Origin: Chrysomallon squamiferum
Taxonomy: Eukaryota > Animalia > Mollusca
Assembly (NCBI GenBank): GCA_012295275.1
Contig: CM022665.1
Coordinates: 31,558,001 to 31,622,000 of the forward strand
DNA: 64,000 nucleotides
Direction: 5' to 3'
Below are positions 1 through 21,933 of the stretch, piece by piece. Position numbers and translations under genes: made by a program. Each line of letters begins with the position of its first letter. Within the stretch, counting starts at the first letter, position 1. Below the pieces are notes generated by a model, which made no database searches, was not told the DNA's origin, and saw only the letters and a program-made list of their open reading frames with translations.

Positions 1-529
1 TTATGTGAAATTAAAGTTTAAAAAATTGCCTGCTGGTACCTAACTAATGTGTAAAAAGTTAAATGATGGTATTATTGTCTTCTAAACATTTGTGACAAAC
101 TACTATGTAATGTCAAATATGGTTCATTAAAAGGTAATAAATATCAAAGACCTTAACACTGAGGTAGCTAGTGGTTGAGCTTTGACCAGATCTCAGGTAG
201 GTAATGTGATCAATTCTTATCAATGTATCCATTGGGCTATTTTCCAGTCCTTCCAGTGTCTATTGTGTCAAGAAAAATGCATACTCTAATGCTTTGGGGA
301 AATAGAAGCAGACATCCTAGGAAAATTACATTGGATGTAACAAGTGTATTGCATCCAATAGCTAACAAAAAATGAACAAGTTTTACTAGTCTTCAAAAAA
401 GCTTTGATAATTATTTTATTTGGTTATATAGGCCTATACTTTTTAAACAAAAATTACTTTTTTTTTTTTTTATAGACCAATCAAATGTTAAATGAAAAAC
501 ATTTTAACCAAAAATATTTTCTAATGCAG

Positions 530-8276
<7,747 letters not shown>

Positions 8277-8287
<11 letters not shown>

Positions 8288-8398
8288 TTGAAACACTCTG
8301 ATTGGTTGACTCTTTCAGTCATGTGACTGCAGAAATTATACAAATAATGTACAGATAATCGAAACCATTTGATTGTTTGACTCTTAAGGCAAGTAACA
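8277..8398 (+). repeat. Degenerate 71-bp-period tandem duplication spanning the CDC5L stop codon
   Basis: TGTACAGATGATTGAAACACTCTGATTGGTTGACTCTT (from 8277) versus TGTACAGATAATCGAAACCATTTGATTGTTTGACTCTT (from 8348). Confidence 0.75.
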
Positions 8399-11135
8399 CA
8401 TTTATAATGATGTGCTTAAGAGGCATCCAGTCTCTGTTACAAGATATAAATTTTTCTGTGAAAATAGCAAAATTGTAAAACTAATGTTCTGATACTATAC
8501 ATGTTTTCACAATACAATTATCTTCATACAGTACAAGTCATTGGAACTTGTCACAAAATAATAAGTGTTTTTAGAATTTTCTGTTTTCCTTCATTCACTG
8601 AAAGTTTACAATATGTTCATATAAGAATCAACAACATCCTTTTTTCAAACATTATTTGTCTCAGTGATGTGGTTTTTGAAAATAATCTTCAGAGTTAAAT
8701 TCAACATGGGCTTGTATAGCATAACATACTTTACTGAAAATTATTTGAAAAACATCTTGCATTATTAAATTAAAATTTTCACAATGCTAAATAAACTAAT
8801 CATAGCCAAACATAAAATATCAATGGATTCACAGTACTAATATGGTAATAAATATGCAATCCTAATATTTGAAACCAGTGACATCTACCATGTCTTCTTG
8901 TATATTGTGTGAATGAAAGTGTTGCAATTTCTCGCCGGTTGGATCATGTCCTTAACATTAGGTTTAAATATTTTTATTGTGTTCAAGTATCCGTTCATTC
9001 TGTTATGATTTCTCTGTAGCTTCTGTATCTATGTATTTTACCTGCACCATAAATTGTTTAATTCATCAGTTTAAATTTTAAGAAACAAAGGAGTTAGAAA
9101 CTGAAAGTGATTTCACCAGATGTGATATTTTAGCTTTGTTTAAGCATATTTGTGTTTATTTGTATTGAAAACCTTTTCTGACATCAGTTCATGGTATATT
9201 TTTCATCATATTGATGTGGAAAGCATTCATTTGTGTGTGATAATTCATCATAGTTTGACAAAGTATTTAGTTTATTAATCTGATAAATTGTCATTGATTT
9301 AAAACGGTTGATAAAGAAATGCAGAGAAAAATAGCAAGGATTTCTTTTCAGAAGAATTACTTCCCTTTTAAACATCTTGTAAGATTAATTATAAAAAATA
9401 AACAAAATATTTTTGATTGAAAATATTGAAGTTGATAGTCAGCACTATTGCTACAAATATTGTTGGTATTATCAACTGCATTGTTTAAAACACTAAATAA
9501 AAAATGTTTTGTTTTTTTTCTTCTTTTTTGTTCAGCAATCTTTTTCTTCATAATTATCTCAATATGGTTGCCTCTGTATTACACTGAAAATGTTGAATAA
9601 ATTTTAAAATTTATTTGCTTTTGTTTTTTTAATTCATTCAGTCTTTTTCCTGTTGAAACAATAATATTTTTTATTAGACCAACATGTACTGTAGTACAGG
9701 TATAGTTTTAGTTTAGAATATTTAAGTATAAATATGTATTTTCTTTAAATAGAAATATTTGCATTGCTAATTGAACAATAATTGCTAATTATTCCATACT
9801 GTTTATTAACTTATATTAGAAACAATCAACATTTGTACTGAGATATAAAAGATTAAAGTTTTATTCACTGATGAGAACACTAGCCTTTGCCAACATTCTG
9901 AAATCTATTTGAGTTCAACTTTTACAAAAAAAGTTATTTCTAAAGGTTACTGATTTTATTTTTAAAATATCAGAGAATTTATTGAACTTCGTGTTCATTA
10001 ACTGGATTTCATGCTTTTTAAAATAATAATTACTGTTATTCTTTATATGTGGGCATATACATATTTGTTGTTATTTTATTTTTTTACAATTATTTTTATT
10101 ATTATTTTTTTATTATTATTATGAAAGAAAATGGACTAAATTGCTATATGCATAGATTCATGTTGTTCACACATGTTGTTCTATTTATGACCAATTTTTA
10201 TTTATAATGAAACTCATTTCTGTTAAAATTTATTTGACATTCTGAACTACATGGCCCTGTTAAATTACACCTTTTATTTTTGTTTTATTAAATATTTTGT
10301 CTTTTAAAAAACTCAGTATCTTTTAGTAGTAGTAGTAGTTCTACCAGTAGTAGTAGCAATATTATTTCATCATATGTTGATGGCCTGCACTGTTTAATGA
10401 GTGATTAAAAATGAAACGCCAGCTGTGACTACAGTATTTGTTTCTGTATAAGCTCATTTCGCATATATTAATTACTGTATTCTTGAAATAAAGCTTCCTT
10501 ATTCAACTCTCACCAGAAATAACAAGAAACAAATGGAGTATAAGCTTTATCAAGCAACCCCTTTTCTTCGTTTTTCTTTGTTAAATTTTTGTTGACAGTC
10601 TGTTTCTCAGCCATTTTGAAAGATTTCATTAAAATGGGAATGTTAAATGAACACAATCTTTTCTTCCCTTCCCTTTTCTTTCTTTTAGTTTTTTATTAAA
10701 AGTATCAGGAGTTAATTTAGTGCAATAAACACCTTTCTTCAAATAGAATGTTTTTCTGCATTGAATTTAATGATAACTCTTCACTATGTTCAATGTCTTT
10801 TGTTAAAGAAATAAAAAGCTATCGTTAAATTAAAAGACAAAAAAGGAACAAGAAAAAACTTTTTATTTGACAATGCATGACAATGTTTCTGTTAAAAGGA
10901 GGGGGAGAAAAAAAACAATGACGAATTGTTTGACGCTGTATAGGCTATCTTTAAATTCAACACATAAAAATATTTGAAGAAAGGTGTTTGTGATGTTAAT
11001 AACTTCTGGTGATATTTATTTATTTTATTTATTTAAAATAGAAAGATAAAATAATTCTGTGTATTATTAAACATTTTGTATAGCACTGAAACAAACAAAA
11101 GAAAACAAATTTCAAAATAGTTTATTATATGTATG

Positions 11136-11184
<49 letters not shown>

Positions 11185-11653
11185 GATTTGAAAAGTTTTC
11201 CGATATTATAATTAATAATTATTATTAATATAATAATAATAGTAGTAGTACTAGTAGTAATAATAATCATCGTCATCAGAAATTGTTTTAAATTACTGAA
11301 GACAATGTTAACACATAACTCATAACATTACTGTGTTATGATGGTGTTAAGTAATTTAATACCAATGAAATAAAACGGGGTGGGGGGGAGCATTCATTTA
11401 ATCAAATAATTAATAGCTCTCTTGGATCTTTCTCTGGAACAAAACATATTTCCAGAAAATCAGAGAAGGAAACTTTTTGTTTGTACTGTTTTACATCATT
11501 CTTATCTGAAAATGAAGGATATGGTGAAGTTACATTTGGATTTTTAAAACACTGCTGTCAGTTAGTTTCAGGGTAATTTCAAATTACCGTTTTTATGTAC
11601 AACTTTTTACTATGCTTCTAGTGAAGTATATCAAATGCAATAATAATAATAAT

Positions 11654-11684
<31 letters not shown>

Positions 11685-11760
11685 CAGTAAATATAAATGT
11701 ATAGTAAAAACGAACCAAATAACTTATAAATAAAGTATATAAAATGATGATCATGTTGTG

Positions 11761-13593
11761 CTACGATGTCCTTGAGCTAATGTCATCGTCGTCTTTTTCA
11801 CTTTTATTTTCAACACTAATGGAAGATGTCTTCCTAACAGGGAAGGGTTGTGTGTCTCTGTTATCCACTGATGTGGATTTCGATTTGTTTAAATCAGTCA
11901 TGTAGGTGTGCTCCCGCGTTAAGCCTCGCTCCTGGCGAAGAGAAAGTTTAACGCATTCTGCAGACGGTTTTGGCACGTTCACTTCGACTGGTTGCGATTC
12001 GCGAGGAACACTGACGTGTAGTTTCTTTAGTGATGATTTCAGCTCCCCAGGACAATTAAATCCTGTGTCTGGAAATGTTTTAGGAGAATCAAATGCTACT
12101 TTGTTAGCTTGTATTGTCTGACTGTCAATTTGAACGGTTAAACTTCCGAAAGACTGGTTGCTGTCCTGGCGGTCAAGGTCGGTTTTCGACTGAATGTTGT
12201 CGTCTGCATCACTTTCGTTATCAGAGTCTGTTTTGAAATCATGCATGCTCGGTAACCTTATAACAGTCCCATCAATACCCACAGCATGACTGCGATCAGC
12301 AGGTGTGGCGTTACGATTAAGTTCTGTTCTATCATCAAGTCTTTTCGCAGGCAAACGATAAGCCAACCTGCAATGGCGTTCAACAGCGGCCGAAGAAATG
12401 CATTTGTGATGAGGATCAAACTTATGCAAATCATGTTTTGTCTTTGGTAATTGTACGTGTTCAGATATCTCCAAGGTTTTTGGAATATAAGAAGGCAACT
12501 GCATTTGTGCTCTTGTCAAGATATTGTTTGAATCAGTATCTTGTGACGCCATATTTAAAAAGCGATGGAGTCTGAACGGCTTATTTGTTCCGCCTGGGAT
12601 GTGGACAGAATCCCTATCCCAAACATGTCTCCATTCCTTCTGTCCGGTTACCTGTTTATTAACACGACCTCGAACGAGAGGCGAACTTCTAGTCGAAGAC
12701 ATGACCATATCACGTGAATATCTTTGCACCGTTCCGTCTAAGGGTGGTTTAGTTTGAATTCCGTTTCTCTGCGGTTTGTTGGCAATGTCAACGGAAGCTG
12801 AGGTACATCCTCTTTTCTTTAGAAGATATTCTTTATCTCTTTCATATTTATTTCTCTCCAAAAGCCTAGGTTTAGGTTCATCGCTGCCATCGTTATGAGT
12901 TTTTAGAAACTGAATAACTTGTTGCATGTTAAGTTTGTCAGGATCATTGTCTATGATAGGAGTGTTACTCCTTGGCAGTTGGTTAATATTCAGCTTTAAC
13001 TTTTTTGTTCTTCTTTCTTTGTTCATAACATCGCGATGCTTCTGTAGGTCCAGTTCACCTGGTGTTAATGTCATCGCTCTCCAAAAACCATTCTGGGGAA
13101 GATAATAATGACTATCCCATGCCTTCTGAGGCATCGGATTTTGAAGAGGTTTTGACAGTCCGTGAATTTCAGTAATCGACACTGTACCACTAGTTATCAA
13201 ATTAGGAGACTGTCTTTCCTGATTTGTTGTGTTGATGATCTTATTGTTCAGATCAATAACAGAACACGTTTTCTCCAGATTTGCTTCTGGTTTAGGCTTT
13301 TCTCTAACTTTATACTCGGACTGCGCTCTTTTAGAATTGCTAGGTCTTCCAGTCAGCTGGTTATAATGCGACCTTGGCATACGTTCTGAGGTCGCCCTTT
13401 GTACTTTGGAAGAAGCCTGTAAATGAGCGACCCAATCGTCGTGTGAGCGGGTTACCGCTAACGTCGGGAAGTCTCTGTTTCGTCCGTTTGAGTCAGTACG
13501 AGACCCTACAGCAGAAGCATTGTTGTTTGAGAATGGCATCAACTGAAGTACTGTGGGCTGCCATGTTTGGGACACGAGAATAGCAGCACTCAT
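11761..13593 (-). CDS. Uncharacterised 610-aa basic, Ser/Arg/Pro-rich, probably disordered protein encoded in one coding exon
   Basis: 1833-nt ATG-to-TAG ORF with GC content above the flanks. There is an in-frame stop shortly upstream of the ATG. Candidate acceptor for a UTR-led exon at 13662-13663. No domain recognised. Confidence 0.8.
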   Translation of the reverse strand: MSAAILVSQTWQPTVLQLMPFSNNNASAVGSRTDSNGRNRDFPTLAVTRSHDDWVAHLQASSKVQRATSERMPRSHYNQLTGRPSNSKRAQSEYKVREKPKPEANLEKTCSVIDLNNKIINTTNQERQSPNLITSGTVSITEIHGLSKPLQNPMPQKAWDSHYYLPQNGFWRAMTLTPGELDLQKHRDVMNKERRTKKLKLNINQLPRSNTPIIDNDPDKLNMQQVIQFLKTHNDGSDEPKPRLLERNKYERDKEYLLKKRGCTSASVDIANKPQRNGIQTKPPLDGTVQRYSRDMVMSSTRSSPLVRGRVNKQVTGQKEWRHVWDRDSVHIPGGTNKPFRLHRFLNMASQDTDSNNILTRAQMQLPSYIPKTLEISEHVQLPKTKHDLHKFDPHHKCISSAAVERHCRLAYRLPAKRLDDRTELNRNATPADRSHAVGIDGTVIRLPSMHDFKTDSDNESDADDNIQSKTDLDRQDSNQSFGSLTVQIDSQTIQANKVAFDSPKTFPDTGFNCPGELKSSLKKLHVSVPRESQPVEVNVPKPSAECVKLSLRQERGLTREHTYMTDLNKSKSTSVDNRDTQPFPVRKTSSISVENKSEKDDDDISSRTS

Positions 13594-14047
13594 TGTTATG
13601 TCTGTTTGAAATCCTCAAGCATGCGTGAAGTTCTTAATACGTTGTCTATAATAAGAAAGTTCTGAATATAATGTAATAAATGAATATTGCTTATGCAACG
13701 CTAAGGAATATTTAAAATACTTCAGTAGTACTGATTCAAAATAAAGAATAAGAAAAATCCGCGAAATTTAGGAAAAACAATTATTAAAACTCTTTTTTTC
13801 AGTTTCACTCTCTTTATTTACAATGTACATCAACACCAAGTATAATCCTAGTCAAGAATTTAGATATTGCTGTTCACTGAACAAAGTGCATAGTAATTCT
13901 TTACACGATTTCGATATACGAACAGTGACATCTGACATCTCCTTTCACAGTTTTCTTGGCAACTGCTTTTTGTATGGATGTTTTGTATAAGCTAGCGCCA
14001 CAATACACTATTATCTTATCTGTATATATTTATACATATACACTCAC

Positions 14048-16833
14048 ATACACCCAGTTTTTGTTTGACAGTGTGCGAACGACTGCTTGTTGCGACCAAT
14101 TCTGTTTGTTACTTGCTGATTCACACAATCAGTGACAGGAGAATAACACATTCCGTTATCAGTGTTAATACTCCACTCCTTTTTACGCCTTCTTCATTTC
14201 ATTTGTCTTTTTCTTCTTCTTCTCTTTCTAACACTGACCTGCAAAGAGAAAACACAAACGATTTTCATTATTCCGCGAAGAAAGGCATTATAATAAATAC
14301 GGCGGTATCTTCAGCAGAGTATCTTCCGCGCTGTGGCCATGGGAAATATGACCAATTATTGTTCGGCTGATGACGAGTATCAGAATTACTGTCTAGGTTA
14401 AATCGACCTGTTCAGTGAAGGAGATATCGAAAGTAAATATTAGAAATACTTTGGCCAGTCTGTCCTCTGTAACCGCATATCTCTAAAATATATTTTATTT
14501 ACACAGTCATTGTCCCGTTTGTCCATTGTAATGGAAGTGTTTTAAATACACATATTAATATATTTTAAAAGAATGTTTCGTGATAAACCTCTCAGAAGCA
14601 ACCCCAGTTTCTGTGTTTGTTAGGTCGTTAATATTTTTATACAGTATAAGTAAGTATAAGCGTTAAACAACAATAAACATAAATTTCAGCCTGATGTTCA
14701 ATTATTCAAGAGATACACGATTAACATTATAAAACGATAATTTTAAAAAGTTGGTTTGGTTTAACGACACTGGTATTTCACGCTGATTAATAGTGGATGT
14801 CACGCATATAGTATTTGATACTTGACATTTATAAAACAACCAACTTTTTATTTATTTGTTTATTATTATTATTATTTTATTGTTATTATTATTAAAAAAA
14901 ATTCATTCGTTTTATTCGCTACTTTCTATAAACTGTAAACACACCAGAACCTTTGATAATCACTCGAGGAATTCCGACTGGAACAAATTCAGATAATAAA
15001 TGTGTACGGCTATACAATATTAATACAGAAAAACCTGTCTAAATCTGATGATGTCGAGGACCTAATTGTATTCGATTTAGAAAGGATCTGGATCTTTGAG
15101 TAGAATGTTATTATTTCCCTTGATTAACAGCTTTTAACCGAGTTGATCGATTTGTTTGATCAAATGGATCTGTTCCGATATCTAGATTAATATTTAAAAA
15201 ATTCTTAAGCAATATTTACTATGTTTTGTTTTTTTAAACTTTCATTGATTATTAGTATGTGCGACCATTCATGTATAATTTTATGGCTGTTGTGAATAAT
15301 AATAATAAAAGTTGTTTCTTCGTTTTAAGTAGGCAATATTTATAATGAAATCTGAGGGTAAAAAAGCCACCTCCGTTATTTTCATAATTTAAATGAAATA
15401 AATATTACATGGGGTAAGAAATAATTTTAAAATCTGTACTTTTACGGTGTAAACCCTCAGACACAAACCCATGGGTAATATATATATAAGTTTAATCGCC
15501 ACATACAGGTAAGAATTAAATCATTCATAAGCTAGAAGAAAACAGAAAATGCAATGAAAACCAATTATGAATAAAAATAAAAATATACATTCATGCACAC
15601 TCACGTGTATCCGTACACACATACATACATACAAACATATACATTCATATACATACGTGTGTGTACTTACATATATATATATATATAAAACACTTATACA
15701 AACAGACAGATAGACAGACAGAAAGATAGACGCAGAGAGTTTAGATAGACATAGACAGATATAACTACTTACATTTAACTATTTAACAATAGATACACCA
15801 CACTAGTATTATATTAACGAACAGCTAATACTATACTTTTTATAACTGTTATTCCATTCACTTCGTGTAGTTGTTTTACTTTTGTCATAGTCCGCACAAA
15901 CACAGAAAGTACTGAACTATTTGTTATAAAGTACTATAATATCATCGTTTTTGTGCCAGATATATTTTGCAGACATTAAATGTCTCTTTAAAAACGAACC
16001 AATCCTTTGTTTATAACGACTCTCATTTCTCTCTTGTCTCTGAAAAACAATAACAATAAACATCCACTCGGAAATACAATATTCTGTAAAAGATTTCCAA
16101 GGCAATTTATGCAATTGCAAGCACTATAATGTGGATCGATGTTGCTATCAAGTTTTCTCGCTGGTTGAGATAAAATTGGCCAGACTTTGTCAATGTCAAC
16201 GACCAAAAAATGTCATTGCTTTGTTATTGGTTTCGCTGTTATCCGCGTAAGTACGTTCTCGCGACGATATTGGTCCGGACAAATCTTGTATTTAAGTGCT
16301 GAAAGGTATTACCGGTATGTTCTGATAGGTTTAATGGTTCTGCTCGTTTAGCGCTAAATTTAGTGAAGATTAAACAAAAAAAACAAAAAAATACAAAAAT
16401 ACCCGCCACCAAGAGAACCTAGTAAGAAAGAAGTGGTGTCATAAAGAGAGAAAAAAGAGACAGAGACGTGAAATATTGGGTGTCTTTATATATATATATA
16501 TATATATATATACCGAAATAACTGACAATAAAATAAAGTATTTAAATATCGCGTAATGATTTTCATTTACTTTTTTTTTTTTTCGTTTTTACTAATTTAA
16601 TCGTGAAGAAGAACTAATTTAAAATGTTAGTAGTAATAGTATTATTACTAATAAAGTAGTAGTAGTTGTTTGTTATAATAGTGATAATAATGCTAACAGA
16701 AGTAGTAACAATAGCAGTAGTAGTAATATCTTCGTTGTTGTTATCATAATCATAAATTTCGATGATTTTCATTATCATAATTATTATGCCATATCATACA
16801 ATATTGACATAGTAATTACATTCATATACTTTC

Positions 16834-16867
<34 letters not shown>

Positions 16868-19800
16868 GATGTCAGACATTCTCATATAAATCAGGACTAG
16901 TAAAAAAATATTGAAAATATAATCATTATACAGTATAAAGATATTCAAAAAGATTTCAGATACGTTCAACCAGATATAACAAGATTTGAAACACTGAATT
17001 TAAAGTTTACAAAATATATTATAATAACAATAAACTACAAATAAGGTTCTGATGTTACAGTCAATCAGTCAATCGATCGATAAATATTTTTAAGTGTGAA
17101 TTTTAATACCACCCATACTGAAACGTTACAACAGGTAATCCAAATCTAAGTTTATTATTACTTATAGGTTAGATACAGGACATCTGTCAAATATACGTAT
17201 CATAATCATGGACTGAGGGCGTTATTTGACTTACAACGACAGCAAACGATTAAGAAAGTATATCATTCTGAAACTACGACTTAGCGTGAGAAAACCTGGC
17301 CTAGTGCAATACTGATTTTAATGAGATTATACGGAATACTTCATTATTTCAGTTAAACTTCAGATGTTACATTATACAGTCCTTGATTAAAACAGTGTAT
17401 CCACCATAACAAAAGATGCACAATGAGTACACTGATCTGCTTAATATAGATTATCCTAGGATTATCTGGAAGTTCCAGAAAGGTACAATATTTATATGTC
17501 GTAATAAGCTTATTACGCTTAGTGTTAATTTCTGCGTTCTTGAGATAAAAGTTCACTATTCTACCCACGCCAACAACAACAACAACAACAACAACAATAA
17601 TACTACTAATAATAATATATCACCCTAGAGTTTTTACACTGTACGACAGCTAACATTAATTCCACTAACTTGGCCAGTAAGGTATTACTATACAGCAAAT
17701 ATACAGCAAAAATACAGCATATTTCAGTAAGAATATTTTTACTTAAGAATTACACACAGTAATTTTATTCTTGTTACAAAACAGTTATTGGCTAACAATT
17801 CCGAAATTAAAAGCGATATTGCACACACACACACGCACACACTCATTCACACATACATACATACATATATATATATAAATATACAAACATATATACACAC
17901 ACATACATACGTACACACTTGCAAATTTGCATACACACATATACATACACATATACTCACATACAAATATGTAATAGCAATTTCGGTTAACATACTATTT
18001 CAGTACATACCATTTATTAGCTATTCCGCTATAAATCCTCACACACTTGTGTCGAATTTACTCCGTCAGTCATAATTATATGGCAATGGTTTATTAAACG
18101 GCAACGGACCGTTTAACATTAACCAGGCAAAAGAAATTCCAACTGTTTGCCATAAAATAAAATAAAAAATAATAAAAAAAAACCCTGTTATATCCATTAT
18201 CGTACTCTATCAGTCATGAGCTGTTGCCCAACTGTAAATACTGTACGGATAACAAAAGATAACGTTGATGTGGTATGTTGTTGTGCTATTCACAACATAT
18301 GAAACGCGGGATTCAAGTTATTTTGAATGTAAGTTAAACATCAAAAACAACCGAAATGTTTGGCGTTTTACTTTTAAAGAATCCTTTCCAGACAATGTTC
18401 CATAATAACTGGTTTATCAAAGTTACGATACGTTCCTCTCTGTGGGAATGGATAAGATCCACTGATGTTAATGGGTAGGAACTGACAATAGGAAGCGGCA
18501 GTAGTTTCGTTTCTCTTATCATTATACATACATAATCAGTATGTTTGAAGCATAATAACTGTTTCATAATTATGAAAATATGTAGAGATGTCATTAAACA
18601 TTCATTCATTTATACATCGATTCAAACATAATATTTTGTCTGATTTTATTTTTATTTTTGTGTAGGTTTTATAAGGTTTCTTTATTTTTCTTTTTTTTTG
18701 TTTGTTTTTGTTTACACTGCTATTTTTATTTTTATTTTATTTTTGTTTGTTTGTTTTCTTGTGTTTTGTAAGTTTATTTATTTATTTATTATTTAAAATA
18801 TTTTATTTATTTAATTTTTGTTTCAATTTTTTTTTTTTTTTTTTTTTAATCTTTCTCTTCTTTTATTTTCATCTATTTCATTTATCTACTAAGAAATTAA
18901 TTAATTTCAAGCAGGTTGAAATGATCGCGTAATCTTAGCAATGGGAAGTGAAGATGGATGTAGCGAAACATCGATACCCTCGGTTGATCTGGACATCATC
19001 GAGATATAGTTTAGAAATGTAGAAGTTAATTTTAAGTCGGCTTCCATCAAAGAATGGCTGTAATATATCTTTCAGGGATATATCTCTGTCTTCACAATGA
19101 ATCTAGTCAAACCAGAGTAACATAGGGGTGCAGTTGTTTGTTTTTGTATCGAACCGGCTTAACCTGACATAACAGAAGAGAAAGAAAAGACATTATTGTC
19201 ACACTAATTAGGGACACGCCCGATTATAATTATTTGTGTAAATGCGTGTGTGTGTGTTTTTATATGTGTGTGTGTGTGGTTTTGTTGTTGTTATTGCTTT
19301 TGCTTCTTAACAGACTTAACTTTGTAAATACAGATCAATAATAAATAAGTATAAGTGTTATTGTTATAGTGAATATTCTTCATTTGTTTTTACAAGCGTT
19401 TTGTCCGGTCATGCAGTTTTTCCGTTTGGCTTGAACAAGCCACATTTAATCGTGTTGGACGTCTAATAACCATCGAGTTGTCGCCAAAAAACAAAAAAAC
19501 CCACAACCACATTACTCTGATTAAATGTATATATGACTGATTAATGATACATTACTTCATATACGAATATTACAGCTAAACATTTCGTATGTAAAATAAT
19601 CCTGTTTGCTAATTTTTACATATGAAACTGCAATAAACATCTTTGAAGTAGATAAACATCGTCTAAAAGTGTACAAATGTTCGACATAACAAAGTTACTA
19701 ATTTTTACAAATATTCTTAACCCAGCAAATTACACATTTTACACACTCTAAACATATCAAATTATTCACTTTTCACAAATATTCTTAACACAACAAATAT

Positions 19801-20400
19801 TATTCACGTTTAAACATATTCTGAACACAATAAATTGTTCAGTTTTACATAGATTCTTCATACATAAATAACTCACTTTTACAAACATTCCGAACACAAC
19901 AAATTGCTCGTTTTACAAACATTTTCAAATTTAGAAATTTTCTTAACATAACAAATTACTCACTTTCAAAATTTTTATTCTTAAAACTACAAATTTTTTA
20001 GTTTTACAAAATTAATATTCTTAACAAAACAAATTATTTACTTTTACAAATATTCTTAACACAACAAATCTTAGAAGCAAATTGTCTTACTCACCTTTAT
20101 CAATCACACTCAAGTACATGCACGCTATTTTCAATAAAGCTGTGCCAAACTTTCATTAGTCAACAAATGCTTAAGCATAATATAAATCCACTTTCCTTGC
20201 GGTGTCGTAAATCGAAAGAACCATGCTTTTGACGACACGACAAACTCAGATCCATTTACATTTTTCTTTGTAAGTTGTCTTTTCTCAAATCCGTCGGTCA
20301 ATACTATTCGGGGAAACCACTATATGGACAACAAGTCCCCTTGTTGGAGATCGTTTCTCATTCTGATTACGACAAGCATATCGCGAGGTAGTAATCGTTA
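14048..20400 (-). other. Candidate 5'-UTR exons and splice sites upstream of the 610-aa ORF
   Basis: Minus-strand donor AAG|GTGAGT at 20095/20094. Acceptors with long pyrimidine tracts at 19163 (TCTTTTCTTTCTCTTCTGTTATGTCAG) and 14238 (TTTGTGTTTTCTCTTTGCAG). Exon ends and connectivity are not established. Confidence 0.35.
19684..20070. repeat. Minisatellite, ~35-bp unit, roughly 11 degenerate copies
   Basis: Approximate consensus ACTCACTTTTACAAATATTCTTAACACAACAAATT repeated head-to-tail without spacers. Confidence 0.85.
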
Positions 20401-20483
20401 ATGATAGTAACGGGAATAAAGTAGGCTATCTGGGAATGAGGAATATTGTATAGGAAAATCACAGAAGAAGATAAATCTGTAAA

Positions 20484-20611
<128 letters not shown>

Positions 20612-21829
20612 TATTAAACAAATCCATTACTAGAAAACTGTATTTTACAAGGAAGAGTTATTAATACTTTTTGGATGTAAATACTTTACCATCTAATCTT
20701 GATTTTCTACTCAATGTTTTCCATTTTGTTAGTCTGTATATATGTATGTATACGTGTATATGTCTGTTCCTGAATTATCCCAAAATAGCATTACTACACA
20801 ACAAATCTCTTTTTATCAAACGATTTCAGGTCATTCTCTACGATTGAAAAAAAAATTCCTTTTTGATATAATTATCTTCTTTCTATTATATTTTTATGAT
20901 TTTTTTTTTAACATTATTTATTTTGTTCAGTGTACAAAAGGCTGGTTTCTGAAGTGAAATCGTAATATCATGGTACACCATTAAACGAGACAATGCTTTG
21001 TTATTATTACATAAGTAAAGGAAAGTTTTGAAATGCACAACCATGTACAAATAATTTTATTGTTGTGAGATTCTGTGGTTTCACTCCTTATATCATATCT
21101 CACAATCTACGTACAAAGTAAACAAGTATGTTAAAAGATAGTGCAAATATTTTAGTGTAATGAGTTTTTGCAATCATATATACTTAATGCATTACACTCT
21201 ACAGGTCTGGACGAAAGTGCATTATAGTTTACATTCAATTTTTTTTTTCGTCTTCTTCTTCTAATATTTCTTTTTCTGTAATGTAGATTCATAGCAAAAC
21301 ATTTTTAAAAATTATTCTTATTTAGAAAGAATGCAAAAAAGAAGAAAAAAAACCCGAAGAAAACGAAATAGAAAAAATCTTTGACAAGTTTTCATGTTAT
21401 ATCCGAAAGTCAGTGAAAACAATCTTAAATCACAATAGAAAAAAAAACCAGCCCAAAAGCTGAAGATAAATAAACTAAACATACGCTATGGTTTGCGCAG
21501 AAGAAGTGAAAAAAAAGACAACAGTTGACGTGAAAAACTGTTGTTAGATTTAAGTTCGTTTAATATTGATAGTTATTTCTTTATTCTAATACTGCCTGGA
21601 AACTAAGCAACAAACAGGTTTAATGGTGCCAATAATAAATGTCCATAAAAAGCAATCAGATATGTGATATCAAGAGTAAAGTGTCCCGCCGAGAGTTGTG
21701 ACGAAACCAAGAGAACACACAAGTGCTGGCCTTATTACACTAGAATCGTCTCATGTGGTTTTGTTAAAGTATGGGACACGGCAGTTATTGCTACAGAAAC
21801 AATCTGTTGAATATTTAGAAAACAATTTT

Positions 21830-21933
<104 letters not shown>

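Noticed and set aside
11906-13583. Plus-strand ORFs overlapping the 610-aa ORF (likewise 29681-30088, 52739-53626, and minus-strand 3812-4027 and 5052-5319)
   Set aside because: Antisense shadows of real coding exons, short and mostly with non-ATG starts.
19684-20070. CRISPR-like regular repeat
   Set aside because: Units are contiguous and degenerate with no unique spacers, there are no cas genes, and the context is eukaryotic. It is a minisatellite.
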